From an uncultured Collinsella sp. (GTDB taxonomy: Bacteria > Actinomycetota > Coriobacteriia > Coriobacteriales > Coriobacteriaceae): a stretch of DNA of 64,000 nucleotides. Positions 8,001 through 18,401 of this stretch are shown here, piece by piece; the first letter of the stretch is position 1, and each line of letters opens with the position of its first letter. The DNA lies in NCBI GenBank assembly GCA_958407445.1, contig CATYIU010000006.1, positions 412-64,411 on the forward strand, given 5' to 3'. Made by a program: the position numbers and the translations under genes. The notes beneath the pieces were generated by a model. The model did no database searches. It worked only from the letters and a program-made list of their open reading frames with translations, and was not told the origin of the DNA.

Positions 8001-9380
8001 ATGAACACCGAGGAAATCGCGCGCATCGTTGCCGATCAGCGCGCCTATTTTAAGACGCACGCCACGTTTGATGTCGATGCTCGACGTCGTGCGCTCGTGA
8101 GTTTACGCGATGCGGTGCGGGCCCACGAGGCCGATATTGCCCATGCGCTCAAGACCGATTTGGGAAAGTCGCATGACGAGGCGTATATGTGCGAGATCGG
8201 CACCTCGCTTTCCGAGATTCGTTATCAGATTGCGCATGTGGCTCGATGGAGTCGCTCGCGCCTGCGTCCGTGTGACCTCGCCAACGCCGTGAGTGTGTGC
8301 AAGACGCAGTCCGTGCCCTATGGCGTCACACTCATCATGGCTCCGTGGAACTACCCGTTTTTACTGACGCTCGAGCCACTCGCCGGCGCCCTTGCCGCGG
8401 GCAATACCGTGGTCATCAAGCCGAGCGCCTATGCTCCGGCATCGAGCGCGGTGCTCAAGCAAATCTGTGAAGAGGCATTTGATCCGCGCTTGGTGACGGT
8501 CGTCGAAGGCGGGCGTGCCGAAAACGAAGCGTTGCTCGATGAGTGCTGGGACAAGATCTTCTTTACCGGTAGCGTTCCGGTCGGCAAGCTCGTCATGGAG
8601 CGTGCAAGTAAAAACCTCACACCCGTGACGCTTGAGCTGGGCGGAAAGAGTCCCTGCATCGTGGATGCGACGGCTAACTTGAAGGTCGCGGCACGCCGTA
8701 TCGCCTTTGGTAAATGGCTCAACGTGGGGCAGACCTGCGTGGCGCCCGACTACCTGCTGGTCGATGCGCGCGTGCACGACGAGCTGCTGGACCTCATCAA
8801 GGAGGAGGCCCGCCGCATGTTTGGCGAGCATCCGCTCGACAATGAGAATTACGGTCATATTGTCAACGCCAAGCATTTCGCGCGCGTACGCGGGCTGACC
8901 GACCCCGACAAGGTTGTGCTGGGAGGTACCGCGCGCGAGTCGTCGCTCAAGATTGAACCGACGATTTTGGACGGCGTGGCGCCTGAGGACGCCGTAATGC
9001 AGGAGGAGATCTTCGGTCCCATCTTGCCGGTGCTGACGTTTGAGAGCCTAGACGAGGCCGAAGCGTTTATTACGGATCGTCCGACGCCGCTGGCCCTGTA
9101 TATCTTTAGCCAGGACTGTGCGGTTCAGCAGCGCTTTGTGCGTTACGTGCCCTTTGGTGGTGGCTGTGTTAATGACACCATTATGCATTTGGCCACGAGC
9201 CATATGGGCTTTGGCGGCATGGGGGCGAGCGGTATGGGACAGTACCATGGACGCGAGAGCTTCGATACGTTTAGCCACAAGAAGAGCATCGTGAACAAGG
9301 CAACGTGGTTGGACGTGCCATTCCGCTATGCCCCTTATGCAAGCTGGAAGCACAAGTTCGTGCGCATGTTTGTGCATTAG
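8001..9380 (+). CDS. NAD(P)-dependent aldehyde dehydrogenase (ALDH3-like)
   Basis: APWNYP, FFTGS, TLELGGKSP, NVGQTCVAPDY, EEIFGP. Confidence 0.95.
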   Translation: MNTEEIARIVADQRAYFKTHATFDVDARRRALVSLRDAVRAHEADIAHALKTDLGKSHDEAYMCEIGTSLSEIRYQIAHVARWSRSRLRPCDLANAVSVCKTQSVPYGVTLIMAPWNYPFLLTLEPLAGALAAGNTVVIKPSAYAPASSAVLKQICEEAFDPRLVTVVEGGRAENEALLDECWDKIFFTGSVPVGKLVMERASKNLTPVTLELGGKSPCIVDATANLKVAARRIAFGKWLNVGQTCVAPDYLLVDARVHDELLDLIKEEARRMFGEHPLDNENYGHIVNAKHFARVRGLTDPDKVVLGGTARESSLKIEPTILDGVAPEDAVMQEEIFGPILPVLTFESLDEAEAFITDRPTPLALYIFSQDCAVQQRFVRYVPFGGGCVNDTIMHLATSHMGFGGMGASGMGQYHGRESFDTFSHKKSIVNKATWLDVPFRYAPYASWKHKFVRMFVH

Positions 9381-9471
9381 AATCAGATAAGGATGAATTT
9401 ATGTCCGCACGGGCCCGTAGACTTCTCGATAAGGTCAAACGCTGGTTTATCCGGCCGTTAGAGGAGTTGCC

Positions 9472-9798
9472 ATGTACGAGCCTTCACGTGTTCTTCTGTC
9501 GTTTCATATCGCAGGATTTCAATATGCCGACGGCGCTTTGGTCCTAGGCGATCTTAAAGCGGGCGATAAACTGACGCTGTGTGCCGAGCGCGATAATCCC
9601 CATGACCCCGAGGCGGTTGCGATCTACTATGGCAAGACCAAACTTGGCTATGTTCCGGGAAACGAGGTCGGCCCGCTGTCCTTGATGATGTATTACGGCC
9701 ATGAGGACGTATTTGAGGCCCACGTGCAACAGGTTGCTCCCGAGCGCAGCCCGTGGCATCAGGTTCGCGTTGGACTCTACGTGGTGGATGCTCGCTAG
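9472..9798 (+). CDS. HIRAN-domain protein
   Basis: FHIAGFQY...LKAGDKLTL.AERDNPHDPEAVAIYYGKTKLGYVP. Confidence 0.85.
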   Translation: MYEPSRVLLSFHIAGFQYADGALVLGDLKAGDKLTLCAERDNPHDPEAVAIYYGKTKLGYVPGNEVGPLSLMMYYGHEDVFEAHVQQVAPERSPWHQVRVGLYVVDAR

Positions 9799-9804
9799 TC
9801 GGCA

Positions 9805-9996
9805 ATGGGGACTGCCATGTTTGATGACGATGATCTGTTCGATCTGACGGATGACCCGTTTGAGTGGGATATGCTACTTGATGACGATGAGTTGGAGCAG
9901 GACCGCAAAAAGCAAAAGGATAAGAACACCCCGGGAAAAGATTCGAATAAAAAGGACAAGCGCCGCCGAGGATTGTTCGGCGGGCTCTTTGGCTAA
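9805..9996 (+). CDS. Small hypothetical protein (acidic N-half, basic C-half, GLFGGLFG tail)
   Basis: 63-aa ORF fills the gap in the co-directional cluster; start may be 9817. Confidence 0.5.
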   Translation: MGTAMFDDDDLFDLTDDPFEWDMLLDDDELEQDRKKQKDKNTPGKDSNKKDKRRRGLFGGLFG

Positions 9997-10062
9997 CCGC
10001 CGCATCGCTGTGTCTGTATACTTAGCACGAGTTTGATGCGTTGCGAAATGAGGACAGAGACG

Positions 10063-10608
10063 ATGATGTGGTTTACCGCCGACCTGCACCTGGGCGATAC
10101 GAATATCTTGCACGACATGGATCGGCCGTTTGATTCGGTCGAGGAGATGAACCGCAAGGTCATCGATGCCATCAATGAGTGCGTGGCTGTGGACGACCGC
10201 CTCTATATCTTGGGAGACTTTACCTATCGTTTGCCCCTGGCAGAGGCGGTGCGCCTGCGCGAGCGTATCGAATGCAAGAATGTGACGCTCGTCCGTGGTA
10301 ACCATGACGGCGACTGGGAAAATCCGGACGCGCCGCGCATTTGGGATGAGGTACGCGACTATCTTGAGATTGCGCCCGGCTATGCTCGCGGGCACAGGCT
10401 GGTACTGAGCCATTACCCCATGCTCAGCTGGAATGGTAAGGCACGCGGCGCCATTATGCTGCACGGGCATATCCACAGCAGGGGAGACCGCACCAACGCG
10501 CGCAACCGCGATCGCGAGCGCCCTATCTTTCGCTATGATGTCGGTCTCGATGCCAACGATTACAAGCCCGTAAGCCGTGATCAAATCCTTGACTTCTTTG
10601 GGCTGTAA
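10063..10608 (+). CDS. Calcineurin-like metallophosphoesterase
   Basis: ADLHLG, LGDF, GNHD, HYP, HGHIH motifs. Confidence 0.9.
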   Translation: MMWFTADLHLGDTNILHDMDRPFDSVEEMNRKVIDAINECVAVDDRLYILGDFTYRLPLAEAVRLRERIECKNVTLVRGNHDGDWENPDAPRIWDEVRDYLEIAPGYARGHRLVLSHYPMLSWNGKARGAIMLHGHIHSRGDRTNARNRDRERPIFRYDVGLDANDYKPVSRDQILDFFGL

Positions 10609-10626
10609 TTCTCGAACCACCACACA

Positions 10627-10663
10627 AACCACCACAAAGGTGCCTGTCCCCTTTGTGGCGGTT
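10627..10663. repeat. REP-like hairpin with CCTGTCCC core
   Basis: CCACAAAGG-TGCCTGTCC-CCTTTGTGG; same CCTGTCCC core as the hairpin at 24736-24772. Confidence 0.55.
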
Positions 10664-10758
10664 CTGGCGCCGTTGCCATTATGGCGGCGGCGCCTTTTTT
10701 GTCCGTGCGGCGCGGTAGAGTGTAGTCGGTTGAAATTTGCGTCCATCGAGGAGCTGCC

Positions 10759-12516
10759 ATGAACGAGATCAAGTGCCCGCATTGCGGCGAAGTTTTTAAG
10801 GTCGATGCGTCCGGTTATGCGGATATCGTCAAGCAGGTGCGCGATGCCGAGTTCTCGCGCGACCTGGACGAGCGTGTGAAGGCAGTCCAGCGCGAGGGCG
10901 AGCAGGCGTTGGAGCTTGAACGCTCACGCTCGACGGCTGCTTTGCAAAAGGCAGAGTCTCAGCGCGATGCTCAGCTTGTCGAGCAGAAGAACGCCGCAGC
11001 TCAACAGCTGGCGCAAGAGCTCGCCAAGCGCGATGCGGAGCTTGCCGAGCTGCACGCTAGGCTCGAGGGCGCTGCCGCAGAGCGCGAGAGCGCAACCCAG
11101 CGCGCGGCGGTTGAGGCCCGTGCCGACGCTCAAAAGGAGAATGCCGAGCTCCAGCGCGAAATCGACAACTTGCGTGCGCAGCTGGGGCGCAAGGATGACG
11201 AAGCCAAGCTTGCCGAGTCGGCGGCGCGCAATGCTGCTCAAAACGATGTAGCTGCACGAGATGCCCAGATTGCCGAGTTGCAGGCCAAGCTCGCCGCGGC
11301 GGACAAGGCCCAGGAGATGGCGCTTGCCGCTGCCGCGGCCGAGTCTCAGCGTGAGCTCGATGCCGCTCGCAGCGAGGCCGAACGCACACTCACAGACTAC
11401 CGCGCGAAGGTGCAGGAGAAGTTTTCCGCCGCAAAGGCTCAGTCTGAGCAGGAGGCCGAGGGCCTGCGCGCCCAGCTGCGCGAGCAGGAACTGATGGCAA
11501 AAATGAACCTATCGGAGGCGGTCGCCGCGGCGGAGCGAGAGCGCGATGAGGCCCGCGCAAAGCTCACGAGCGAGCTGGCGGTGCGCGATTCGCGCGAGGA
11601 ACAGGCCAGAGCAGCACACGAGCTCGAGCTTGCGCAGGCCAAGCGCGCGAGCGATGACCTGATTCGTTACAAGGATGAAGAGATTGAGCGCCTTAAGGAC
11701 ATGAAGGTTCGCCTGTCTACCAAGATGGTGGGCGAGTCGCTCGAGCAGCATTGCGAGACCGAGTTCAACCGTCTGCGCATGACGGCGTTTCCCAATGCGT
11801 ACTTCGAGAAAGATAACGATGCGTCCGAGGGCACCAAGGGCGACTTTATTTTCCGCGAATGTGACGCGAGCGGCAACGAGGTCATTTCGATTATGTTCGA
11901 GATGAAAAACGAGAACGACGAGACCGCGACCAAGCATAAAAACGAGGACTTCTTTAAGAAACTCGATCACGATCGTCGCCAGAAAGGCTGCGAGTATGCG
12001 GTGCTCTGCACCCTGCTGGAGCCTGAGAGTGAGCTCTATAACGCGGGCATCGTCGACGTGAGTTACCGCTATGAGAAGATGTACGTGATCCGCCCGCAGT
12101 TCTTCATTCCCATGATTACGCTGCTGCGCAATGCCGCCATGGGTTCGCTGCGCTATAAGCAGGAGCTAGCGGAGTACAAACAGCAGAATATCGATGTCAC
12201 GAACTTCGAAGCCAAGATGGAAAAGTTCAAGAATGATTTCGGTCGCAACTACGAGATCGCGAGCCGCAAGTTCCAAACGGCGATCGATGAGATCGACAAG
12301 ACGATTAGCCATCTGCAGAAAACCAAGGAGGCGTTGCTGTCCTCCGAGAACAATCTGCGCCTTGCCAACAAGAAAGCCGACGATCTTACCATTCGCAAGC
12401 TCACGTGGGGCAACAAGACCATGAAGGCGGCGTTTGACGAGGCACGCGGGGCTGCGCCAGAGACAAACGATGAGCCAGCCGAGGCGGATTCGTATGAGGT
12501 CGAGGATGCCGAGTAG
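10759..12516 (+). CDS. DUF2130-like coiled-coil protein with C-terminal restriction-endonuclease-like domain
   Basis: [10 protein letters not shown] zinc knuckle, long coiled coil, [13 protein letters not shown]...KGDFIFRE...IMFEMKNE. Confidence 0.85.
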   Translation: MNEIKCPHCGEVFKVDASGYADIVKQVRDAEFSRDLDERVKAVQREGEQALELERSRSTAALQKAESQRDAQLVEQKNAAAQQLAQELAKRDAELAELHARLEGAAAERESATQRAAVEARADAQKENAELQREIDNLRAQLGRKDDEAKLAESAARNAAQNDVAARDAQIAELQAKLAAADKAQEMALAAAAAESQRELDAARSEAERTLTDYRAKVQEKFSAAKAQSEQEAEGLRAQLREQELMAKMNLSEAVAAAERERDEARAKLTSELAVRDSREEQARAAHELELAQAKRASDDLIRYKDEEIERLKDMKVRLSTKMVGESLEQHCETEFNRLRMTAFPNAYFEKDNDASEGTKGDFIFRECDASGNEVISIMFEMKNENDETATKHKNEDFFKKLDHDRRQKGCEYAVLCTLLEPESELYNAGIVDVSYRYEKMYVIRPQFFIPMITLLRNAAMGSLRYKQELAEYKQQNIDVTNFEAKMEKFKNDFGRNYEIASRKFQTAIDEIDKTISHLQKTKEALLSSENNLRLANKKADDLTIRKLTWGNKTMKAAFDEARGAAPETNDEPAEADSYEVEDAE

Positions 12517-12536
12517 GGGATAGCGTATCGCGCAAA

Positions 12537-12574
12537 AAGCGGGGCCGCTGGCGATGTTGCCAGCGGCCCCGCTT
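12537..12574. terminator. Bidirectional intrinsic terminator between convergent genes
   Basis: AAGCGGGGCCGCTGGC-GATGTT-GCCAGCGGCCCCGCTT. Confidence 0.8.
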
Positions 12575-12596
12575 CGTTTCGCCCCATTGCGCCCGG

Positions 12597-15278
12597 CTAG
12601 TCTTCGAGCAGGTCCTCGATAAAGCCGACACGGTAGTTCTTGAAGATGACCTCGCCGCCGTCTTGCGTGGCATCCAGGTCGACGTCGCCCATGATGCCAA
12701 AATCGTGGTCGCCATCCTCGTCGGCAAAGATCTGGTGCACGTGCCATACGTGCGCGGTCTTCTCGTCGGACTCATCGATGGAAAACATTGCGGCACTGCG
12801 GGCGTCTCCGTCGGTGAGGATCTCCTCGTGCTGCTCATGGTAGGCATCGAGGGCCTTTTGCCAGCGGATCTCGCTCATGCCCCAGTCGTCGTCGAGTTCG
12901 CCCAGGTCGCGAATGTGCTCGCGGGCGGCAAGGGTCACGCGGCGGAAGAGCGCGTTGCGCACCAGCAGGGTGCAGCCACGGCGGTCTTCCACGACTTCAT
13001 CGATGCCCTGCGGCGGTGCGGCGTCGAGTGCAGCGGGGTTGCCGGCGTTCTCCCACTCGTCCACCAGGCTCGAGTCGACCGAGCGCACCACAAAGCCGAG
13101 CCACGAAATGATGTCACGCAGGCGCTCGTCGCGCTTCTCAATGGGCACGGTGCGGTCGAGCGAACGGTAAGCCTCTGCCAGGTAGCGCAGCAGAATGCCC
13201 TCGGAGCGGGCGATGCCGAGCTTTTGAATGTAACCCTTAAAATCGCTCGCGCTCTCCAGCATATCGCGCAGAACGCTCTTGGGAGAGAGTTGGTAGTCGT
13301 TTGCCCAGGGTACTTCCTGGCAGTACTTGTCAAAAGCGGCGTCGAGCAAATCATCGAGCGGTTTTTCGTACGTGACGTCCTGAATACGCTCCAGACGCTC
13401 CTCATACTCGATGCCGTCGGCCTTCATTTCGGCCATAGCGCGATCGCGCGCGGCACGCTCCTGTGCGCGCAATACCTGCTTGGGGTCCTCGAGCGTAGCC
13501 TCGACCATCGAGATGAGGTCCATGGTATAGGTCTCGCTCTCGGGGTCGAGCAGCTCCAGCGCGGCAAGCAAAAACGGCGAGAGCGGCTGATCGAGCGCAA
13601 AATCCTCGGGCAGGTCGACCGTCAGCGCGTAGTCGATGTCCGGCGCGGCGTCAGCCGGAGCGTCGGGTGCGGGCGGCACCTCGGTGCGCACGACGACGCC
13701 GGAGTCGATGAGCGTGGCGAAGATCTCGTCGGCACGAACCTCGAGCTTTGCCTTTTCCTCGGGTGTTTGCAGGCTTGTCTCGATGAGGTCGTGCACGCGG
13801 GCGCGAGCGTCGCCGCCCTGCTCGACCACGCTAATCACCATGGAGTGCGTGATGCGCAGGCGCGGCTTGAGTGTCTCGGGCTGCGTCTCGATCAGGCGCT
13901 CGAACGTCTGCTTGTTCCAGGTGACAAAGCCCTCGGGGGCCTTCTTCTTTTTAATCTTGCGGAGCTTTTTGGGGTCGTCGCCCGCCTTGGCCATAAGCTT
14001 GGCATTCTCGATCTCGTGCTCGGGTGCCTCGGCGATGACCATGCCCTCGGTATCGAAGCCCGAGCGGCCGGCACGACCGGCAATCTGATGGAACTCGCGG
14101 GCGCGCAGACGACGCATCTTGTAGCCATCGAACTTGGTGAGCGCGGTGAGCACCACGGTGTGGATGGGCACGTTGATACCGACGCCGAGCGTATCGGTGC
14201 CGCAGATGACGGGTAGCAGGCCCTGCTGCGCCAAGCGCTCGACCAGCAGGCGGTAGCGCGGCAACATGCCAGCATGGTGCACGCCGACGCCGCATCCGAG
14301 CAAGCGCTTGAGGATTTTGCCGAAGGCCGTCGAGAAGCTCGTGCCCTTGGCCGCCTCCTTGATGGCCTCGCGCTGCTCCTTGTTGGCAATGCCAAAATTG
14401 GCGAGCGACTGTGCCGTCGCAAGTGCGGCATCCTGGCTAAAGTGCACGATATAGAGTGGGGCCTCGTCGCGGCGCATGGCGAGCTCGACCGTGCCCTCGA
14501 GGGAGGTCGTCACATAGTCGTAACTCAGCGGAACAGGACGCGGGGCGTCGACGACCAAGTCGCAAGCAGCGCCGGTGTGCTCCTCGAGTGAGGCGGCGAT
14601 GGCAGTGACATCGCCGAGCGTGGCGCTCATGAGCATGAATTGCGTGTGAGGCAGGGTGAGCAGCGGCACCTGCCAGGCCCAACCGCGATCGGGGTCGGCA
14701 AAGTAGTGGAACTCGTCCATGGCGACGCAGCCAACATCGGCATCTTCGCCCTCGCGTAGTGCGTCGTTGGCGAGGATTTCTGCCGTACAGCAGATGACGG
14801 GCGCCTTGGTGTTGATATGCGTGTCGCCGGTGATCATACCGACGTTATCGCGGCCGAGCACCTGCACAAGGTCGAAAAACTTCTCGCTGACCAGAGCCTT
14901 GATGGGGGCCGTGTAATAGCAGCGTTTGCCCTGTGCCATGCCCATAAAGAGCATGCCCAGCGCGACAAGCGACTTGCCCGATCCGGTCGGCGTGCCCAGA
15001 ATGACGTGATCGCCGGCGGCTAGATCCATGAGGGCCTCTTCCTGGTGGTCCCACAGCTCAATACCGCGATCGCTCGTCCATTCAAAGAAGCGCTCGAAGG
15101 CCTGGTCGGGCGTGAGCCACGGTTCGGGCTCGCTGCCGTCCTCGGGCTCCCACCAGGTGGGGGAGAGCGCACCGAGTGAGCCGAATTCGGCTTCGGTTCC
15201 CGTGCCGCCCGAGAATGAACTGGCGGCTCCGGCGCCGGAGACGGTGCTGGCGGCGATATCTGTCGTGGTCTGTGCCAT
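12597..15278 (-). CDS. Ski2-like DExH helicase with DUF3516-type C-terminus
   Basis: PTGSGKS, APIKAL, DEFH, MSAT, HHAGMLP, QIAGRAGR. Confidence 0.9.
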   Translation of the reverse strand: MAQTTTDIAASTVSGAGAASSFSGGTGTEAEFGSLGALSPTWWEPEDGSEPEPWLTPDQAFERFFEWTSDRGIELWDHQEEALMDLAAGDHVILGTPTGSGKSLVALGMLFMGMAQGKRCYYTAPIKALVSEKFFDLVQVLGRDNVGMITGDTHINTKAPVICCTAEILANDALREGEDADVGCVAMDEFHYFADPDRGWAWQVPLLTLPHTQFMLMSATLGDVTAIAASLEEHTGAACDLVVDAPRPVPLSYDYVTTSLEGTVELAMRRDEAPLYIVHFSQDAALATAQSLANFGIANKEQREAIKEAAKGTSFSTAFGKILKRLLGCGVGVHHAGMLPRYRLLVERLAQQGLLPVICGTDTLGVGINVPIHTVVLTALTKFDGYKMRRLRAREFHQIAGRAGRSGFDTEGMVIAEAPEHEIENAKLMAKAGDDPKKLRKIKKKKAPEGFVTWNKQTFERLIETQPETLKPRLRITHSMVISVVEQGGDARARVHDLIETSLQTPEEKAKLEVRADEIFATLIDSGVVVRTEVPPAPDAPADAAPDIDYALTVDLPEDFALDQPLSPFLLAALELLDPESETYTMDLISMVEATLEDPKQVLRAQERAARDRAMAEMKADGIEYEERLERIQDVTYEKPLDDLLDAAFDKYCQEVPWANDYQLSPKSVLRDMLESASDFKGYIQKLGIARSEGILLRYLAEAYRSLDRTVPIEKRDERLRDIISWLGFVVRSVDSSLVDEWENAGNPAALDAAPPQGIDEVVEDRRGCTLLVRNALFRRVTLAAREHIRDLGELDDDWGMSEIRWQKALDAYHEQHEEILTDGDARSAAMFSIDESDEKTAHVWHVHQIFADEDGDHDFGIMGDVDLDATQDGGEVIFKNYRVGFIEDLLED

Positions 15279-15401
15279 GTGTTTGCTTTCTCTCGCGATT
15301 GTCCGCCAACTATTATGGCGTAGCGTCGCATCGATGCGTTCGCAGGCAAGAAAATGCAGGAAATGGGCGTTCTGCCCAGCCGTTTAGTGTAGTCGCTAGC
15401 C

Positions 15402-15520
15402 AAGTGAGTAGACTTTTTGCGATATTGCGAGCACATGACTTTTGCGCAAGGGTTCTACCTGCGGTTTTATGTTTCGCTATGCGGGCTGTGCCTGGCTATT
15501 GCAAAAAAGTCTACTCACTT
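15402..15520 (+). repeat. 119-bp TIR-bounded element, solo copy 3
   Basis: AAGTGAGTAGACTTTT ... AAAAGTCTACTCACTT; TCTACCTGCGGTTTT with TACCTGCG at 15456 (same +54 offset). Confidence 0.9.
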
Positions 15521-15587
15521 AGGTTTGAGGGCCGTTCGCTGGCGCCAATTTGCGCTTGTTTGCCGACGCCGCGACCATCAGAAGCCC

Positions 15588-16427
15588 CTAGGACTCTTGC
15601 GGCAAGCGCTTCTTGCCTTTGCGGGCGCGGTTTCTAAAGTTCTCGACGGCCTCTTCCATGCCCAGAGGTACATAGGTGAGCTCATCGAGGTTTTCGGGCA
15701 GGTAGCAGGCAAGGCTTTGCTCCTGCGCGCGGCCCGCCGCAAGCTGTTCATTGCTGGGCTGCGCACCGGGTGTGGCGCAAATGCCATAGACGACGGCACC
15801 CATCTCGCGCGTGCGGCATTCATATTCGGTCTCGGGATGCTCGGGATGGTCGCGGCGTACGTTGCCACTTACCCAAAGCGTGTCGTAGCCGGCAGCGGCA
15901 AACTGCCCCAGGGCGTAGTCGCGCAGTGGCTTGCTGTCGGTTCGCAGCGTGACGGTAGCGCCGGCTGAAAAGAGCGGGCGATAGAGCATCAGATGGTCGA
16001 CATGGACGAGTCGTTTTTTGGCGTACTTGGCCTTGGGCTGCGGCGTGGGAAAGTTGATGGTGATGGCGTCGAGCTCGCCTGCGGCAAACAGCTGCGGCAA
16101 CGTTGCGGCGCCTCGGGGCAGGACGAGTGCGTTGGACAGCTCCTGCTCACAGATTTTCTGTGCGGCATAGGCGATGCAGATGGGCTCCTGGTCCATGCCG
16201 ATAAAGAGGGTGTCGAGTTCACGGTGAGCTCGCTCAACCAGATACGTGCCTTTGCCACAGCCCAGATCCAGATGAAGGCGGCTGAAGAGCGCACTGCCAG
16301 CCGGCGCGCAAGCCTCGCGCCAATCTCCGGCATAGGCCTCGGGGTTCGTCTCAATCGCATCGGCGTAGCGCTCCAGGCGCTCTTCGAGTACAAAGTTCTT
16401 AGGCGTGCGAACGTGGACGGCTCCCAT
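15588..16427 (-). CDS. trmB: tRNA (guanine-N7)-methyltransferase
   Basis: LDLGCGKG, INFPTPQPK...KKRL, RTDS, ETEYE. Confidence 0.85.
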   Translation of the reverse strand: MGAVHVRTPKNFVLEERLERYADAIETNPEAYAGDWREACAPAGSALFSRLHLDLGCGKGTYLVERAHRELDTLFIGMDQEPICIAYAAQKICEQELSNALVLPRGAATLPQLFAAGELDAITINFPTPQPKAKYAKKRLVHVDHLMLYRPLFSAGATVTLRTDSKPLRDYALGQFAAAGYDTLWVSGNVRRDHPEHPETEYECRTREMGAVVYGICATPGAQPSNEQLAAGRAQEQSLACYLPENLDELTYVPLGMEEAVENFRNRARKGKKRLPQES

Positions 16428-16545
16428 GAGGCTCCTTGGTCATAGGTATGGAACGCATAGCTGCGCGTTTCGTCAATGGGTTGAAATAGGGTGGGCATAG
16501 TTTGCCCGAAAATTGCGATGCGGCTCGGCGGCGAGTCGTCGATGC

Positions 16546-17418
16546 CTACAGGCGCTTGAGGATCACATAGCGGTTGAGATCGCCGCTGCGACCGTCGGCA
16601 TGGAAGCGCTCAAGCTCGCGCACGGGGACCTCGCCGCTCTTGTAGAACGTGCGGACGCCGCGCACCAGGTCGGTGATCTGCTGATCGTCAAAGTGATGAC
16701 AATAGCGGTAGGCGTGGCGGTCGTTTTGCCAGCCAATGAGGTGGTCGCCGGCTTCAAACTGCGCGGAATCGTAACCCTCAAACGGCGGGGTGAGCTCGGC
16801 ACGGGCTTCGGCTCGAACGGCCTTGCGCGCCATGCGCTCGTCGTTCATAAACTCCCAAAAGCTGATGGCGATGATGCCGCCCGGGCGCGTCTGGCGCACC
16901 AGGGCGTCGAGCACGCGTACGCGGTACTCGCACGACGGCACGTGGTGCATAAAGCCAAAGCAGACCGAGATATCGGCGAGCGGGGCATCGAAAAGCACAT
17001 CGGGCGTCTCGGCGGGGTTGAGCTTCATGAGGGCGTCGAGCGCATCGAGTTCCTGGAAGTGCAGGTTGGGAATGCGCAGGGCGTGGCCGTGGGCGTCTAT
17101 TGCCAAATCTTGGCACGAGTCGACACCATAGAACTCAAACGGGCAGCTGGCATCTGCCGAGGGGTTTGCGCCGTCGACGCCCTTGGCGGCAAGTGCCCCG
17201 CCGGCGGCAAAGTTCTCGAATCGCATATTGCCGCAGGCAAGGTCGAAGACGCGGACGGGGTGCTCGATCGTGGCGACGTCGAGCTGTTCGAGCGCGATGT
17301 CCATGGTGCGCACCCAGCCGGGCCACGGGGCCTGGCGTGTATCGGAAAAGGAGGCGGAGTGCTCGCGATAGAACGTATTGTTGAGCTGGATGAGCGATGA
17401 TGCGAAATCGCGGTTCAC
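16546..17418 (-). CDS. Class I SAM-dependent methyltransferase
   Basis: FSDTRQAPWPGW, VFDLACGNMRF, FGFMHHVP; GTG start at 17418 behind GGAGGGAG. Confidence 0.8.
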   Translation of the reverse strand: MNRDFASSLIQLNNTFYREHSASFSDTRQAPWPGWVRTMDIALEQLDVATIEHPVRVFDLACGNMRFENFAAGGALAAKGVDGANPSADASCPFEFYGVDSCQDLAIDAHGHALRIPNLHFQELDALDALMKLNPAETPDVLFDAPLADISVCFGFMHHVPSCEYRVRVLDALVRQTRPGGIIAISFWEFMNDERMARKAVRAEARAELTPPFEGYDSAQFEAGDHLIGWQNDRHAYRYCHHFDDQQITDLVRGVRTFYKSGEVPVRELERFHADGRSGDLNRYVILKRL

Positions 17419-17684
17419 GGCGCGGAACTCCCTCCGATGGCGGTGCGGAATAAACAGTACGACCATACTACCGTTAACGCCGCAACTGGGACAACCGAGC
17501 TGTGGGTCATTGCTTTGTTTGGACACATTTCCGCAGCTCATATGTGCCCGCAACCGCCGGTTGTCAAAAATCTCACTAGAATAGGTGGCATGCTTTCGGC
17601 GGTGGCGGATAGATTTTTAACTGTGCAAGGCGCCTTAAGAAAAAATCGGTCCGGCGGCACGGCTGGCATCACATAGGAGGAACC

Positions 17685-18401
17685 ATGAATGTAGAAACTG
17701 CGCAGCGGCTCGCCGACCTTCGTCGCAGCAAGGGTTTTAGCCAAGAAGGGCTGGCGCGAAAGCTGGGGCTGTCGCGCCAGGCGGTCAGTAAATGGGAGCG
17801 CGCGGAGAGCTCGCCCGATACCGAGAACCTGATCTCGCTCGCTAAGCTCTATGGCGTGAGCCTGGACGAGCTGCTCAATCCGAGCGATGAGATTGAGGAC
17901 GATATCGAGTTTGAGAACGAGGACCGCGCCCGTCAGCGCGAAGCCGAGGCGGCAGAGCGTGCCCGCACCCACGAGGCGGCGGCACGCGCTACTGAGGCGG
18001 CAACGCAGGCAAGTGATGCTGCGGCCAAGGCGGCGCAAGCGGCAAGCTGGAGTGCGCAGGCCGCCAATGCCGCTACGGCGCAGGTGACGAGTGGCGGCGC
18101 AGCTGGCTCGACTCCGGTGAAAGGTCCGTTCCAGTCGTTTCCGTATTGGGCCGTGTGCTGGCTGCTGTTCTTTTTGCTGATGTTCCCGTTTGGCGCCGGC
18201 CCCTTTGCTGCGCTCATCTTCTTTACGATCCCTATCTATCACTGGGTGGCGCGTGCACTCGATGGTGATTGGGCGCGCGGGGATATTCAGGTTGGTCCGG
18301 CGCCGGAGGCGGCTAAGGCTCAGGATGTTTCCGCTGCGGTTGATACTGACGTGGCTACCGCGATCGCCGCTGAGCCGAGCGTCAAAGAGGGTGATGAATG
18401 A
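17685..18401 (+). CDS. XRE-family HTH protein with C-terminal membrane segments
   Basis: SQEGLARKLGLSRQAVSKWERAESSPD; hydrophobic WAVCWLLFFLLMFP... Confidence 0.85.
   Translation: MNVETAQRLADLRRSKGFSQEGLARKLGLSRQAVSKWERAESSPDTENLISLAKLYGVSLDELLNPSDEIEDDIEFENEDRARQREAEAAERARTHEAAARATEAATQASDAAAKAAQAASWSAQAANAATAQVTSGGAAGSTPVKGPFQSFPYWAVCWLLFFLLMFPFGAGPFAALIFFTIPIYHWVARALDGDWARGDIQVGPAPEAAKAQDVSAAVDTDVATAIAAEPSVKEGDE

Noticed and set aside
17563..17621. GTCAAAAATCT / AGATTTTTAAC inverted pair upstream of the XRE gene
   Set aside because: Could be an autoregulatory operator, but it is short, imperfect and widely spaced; support is insufficient.
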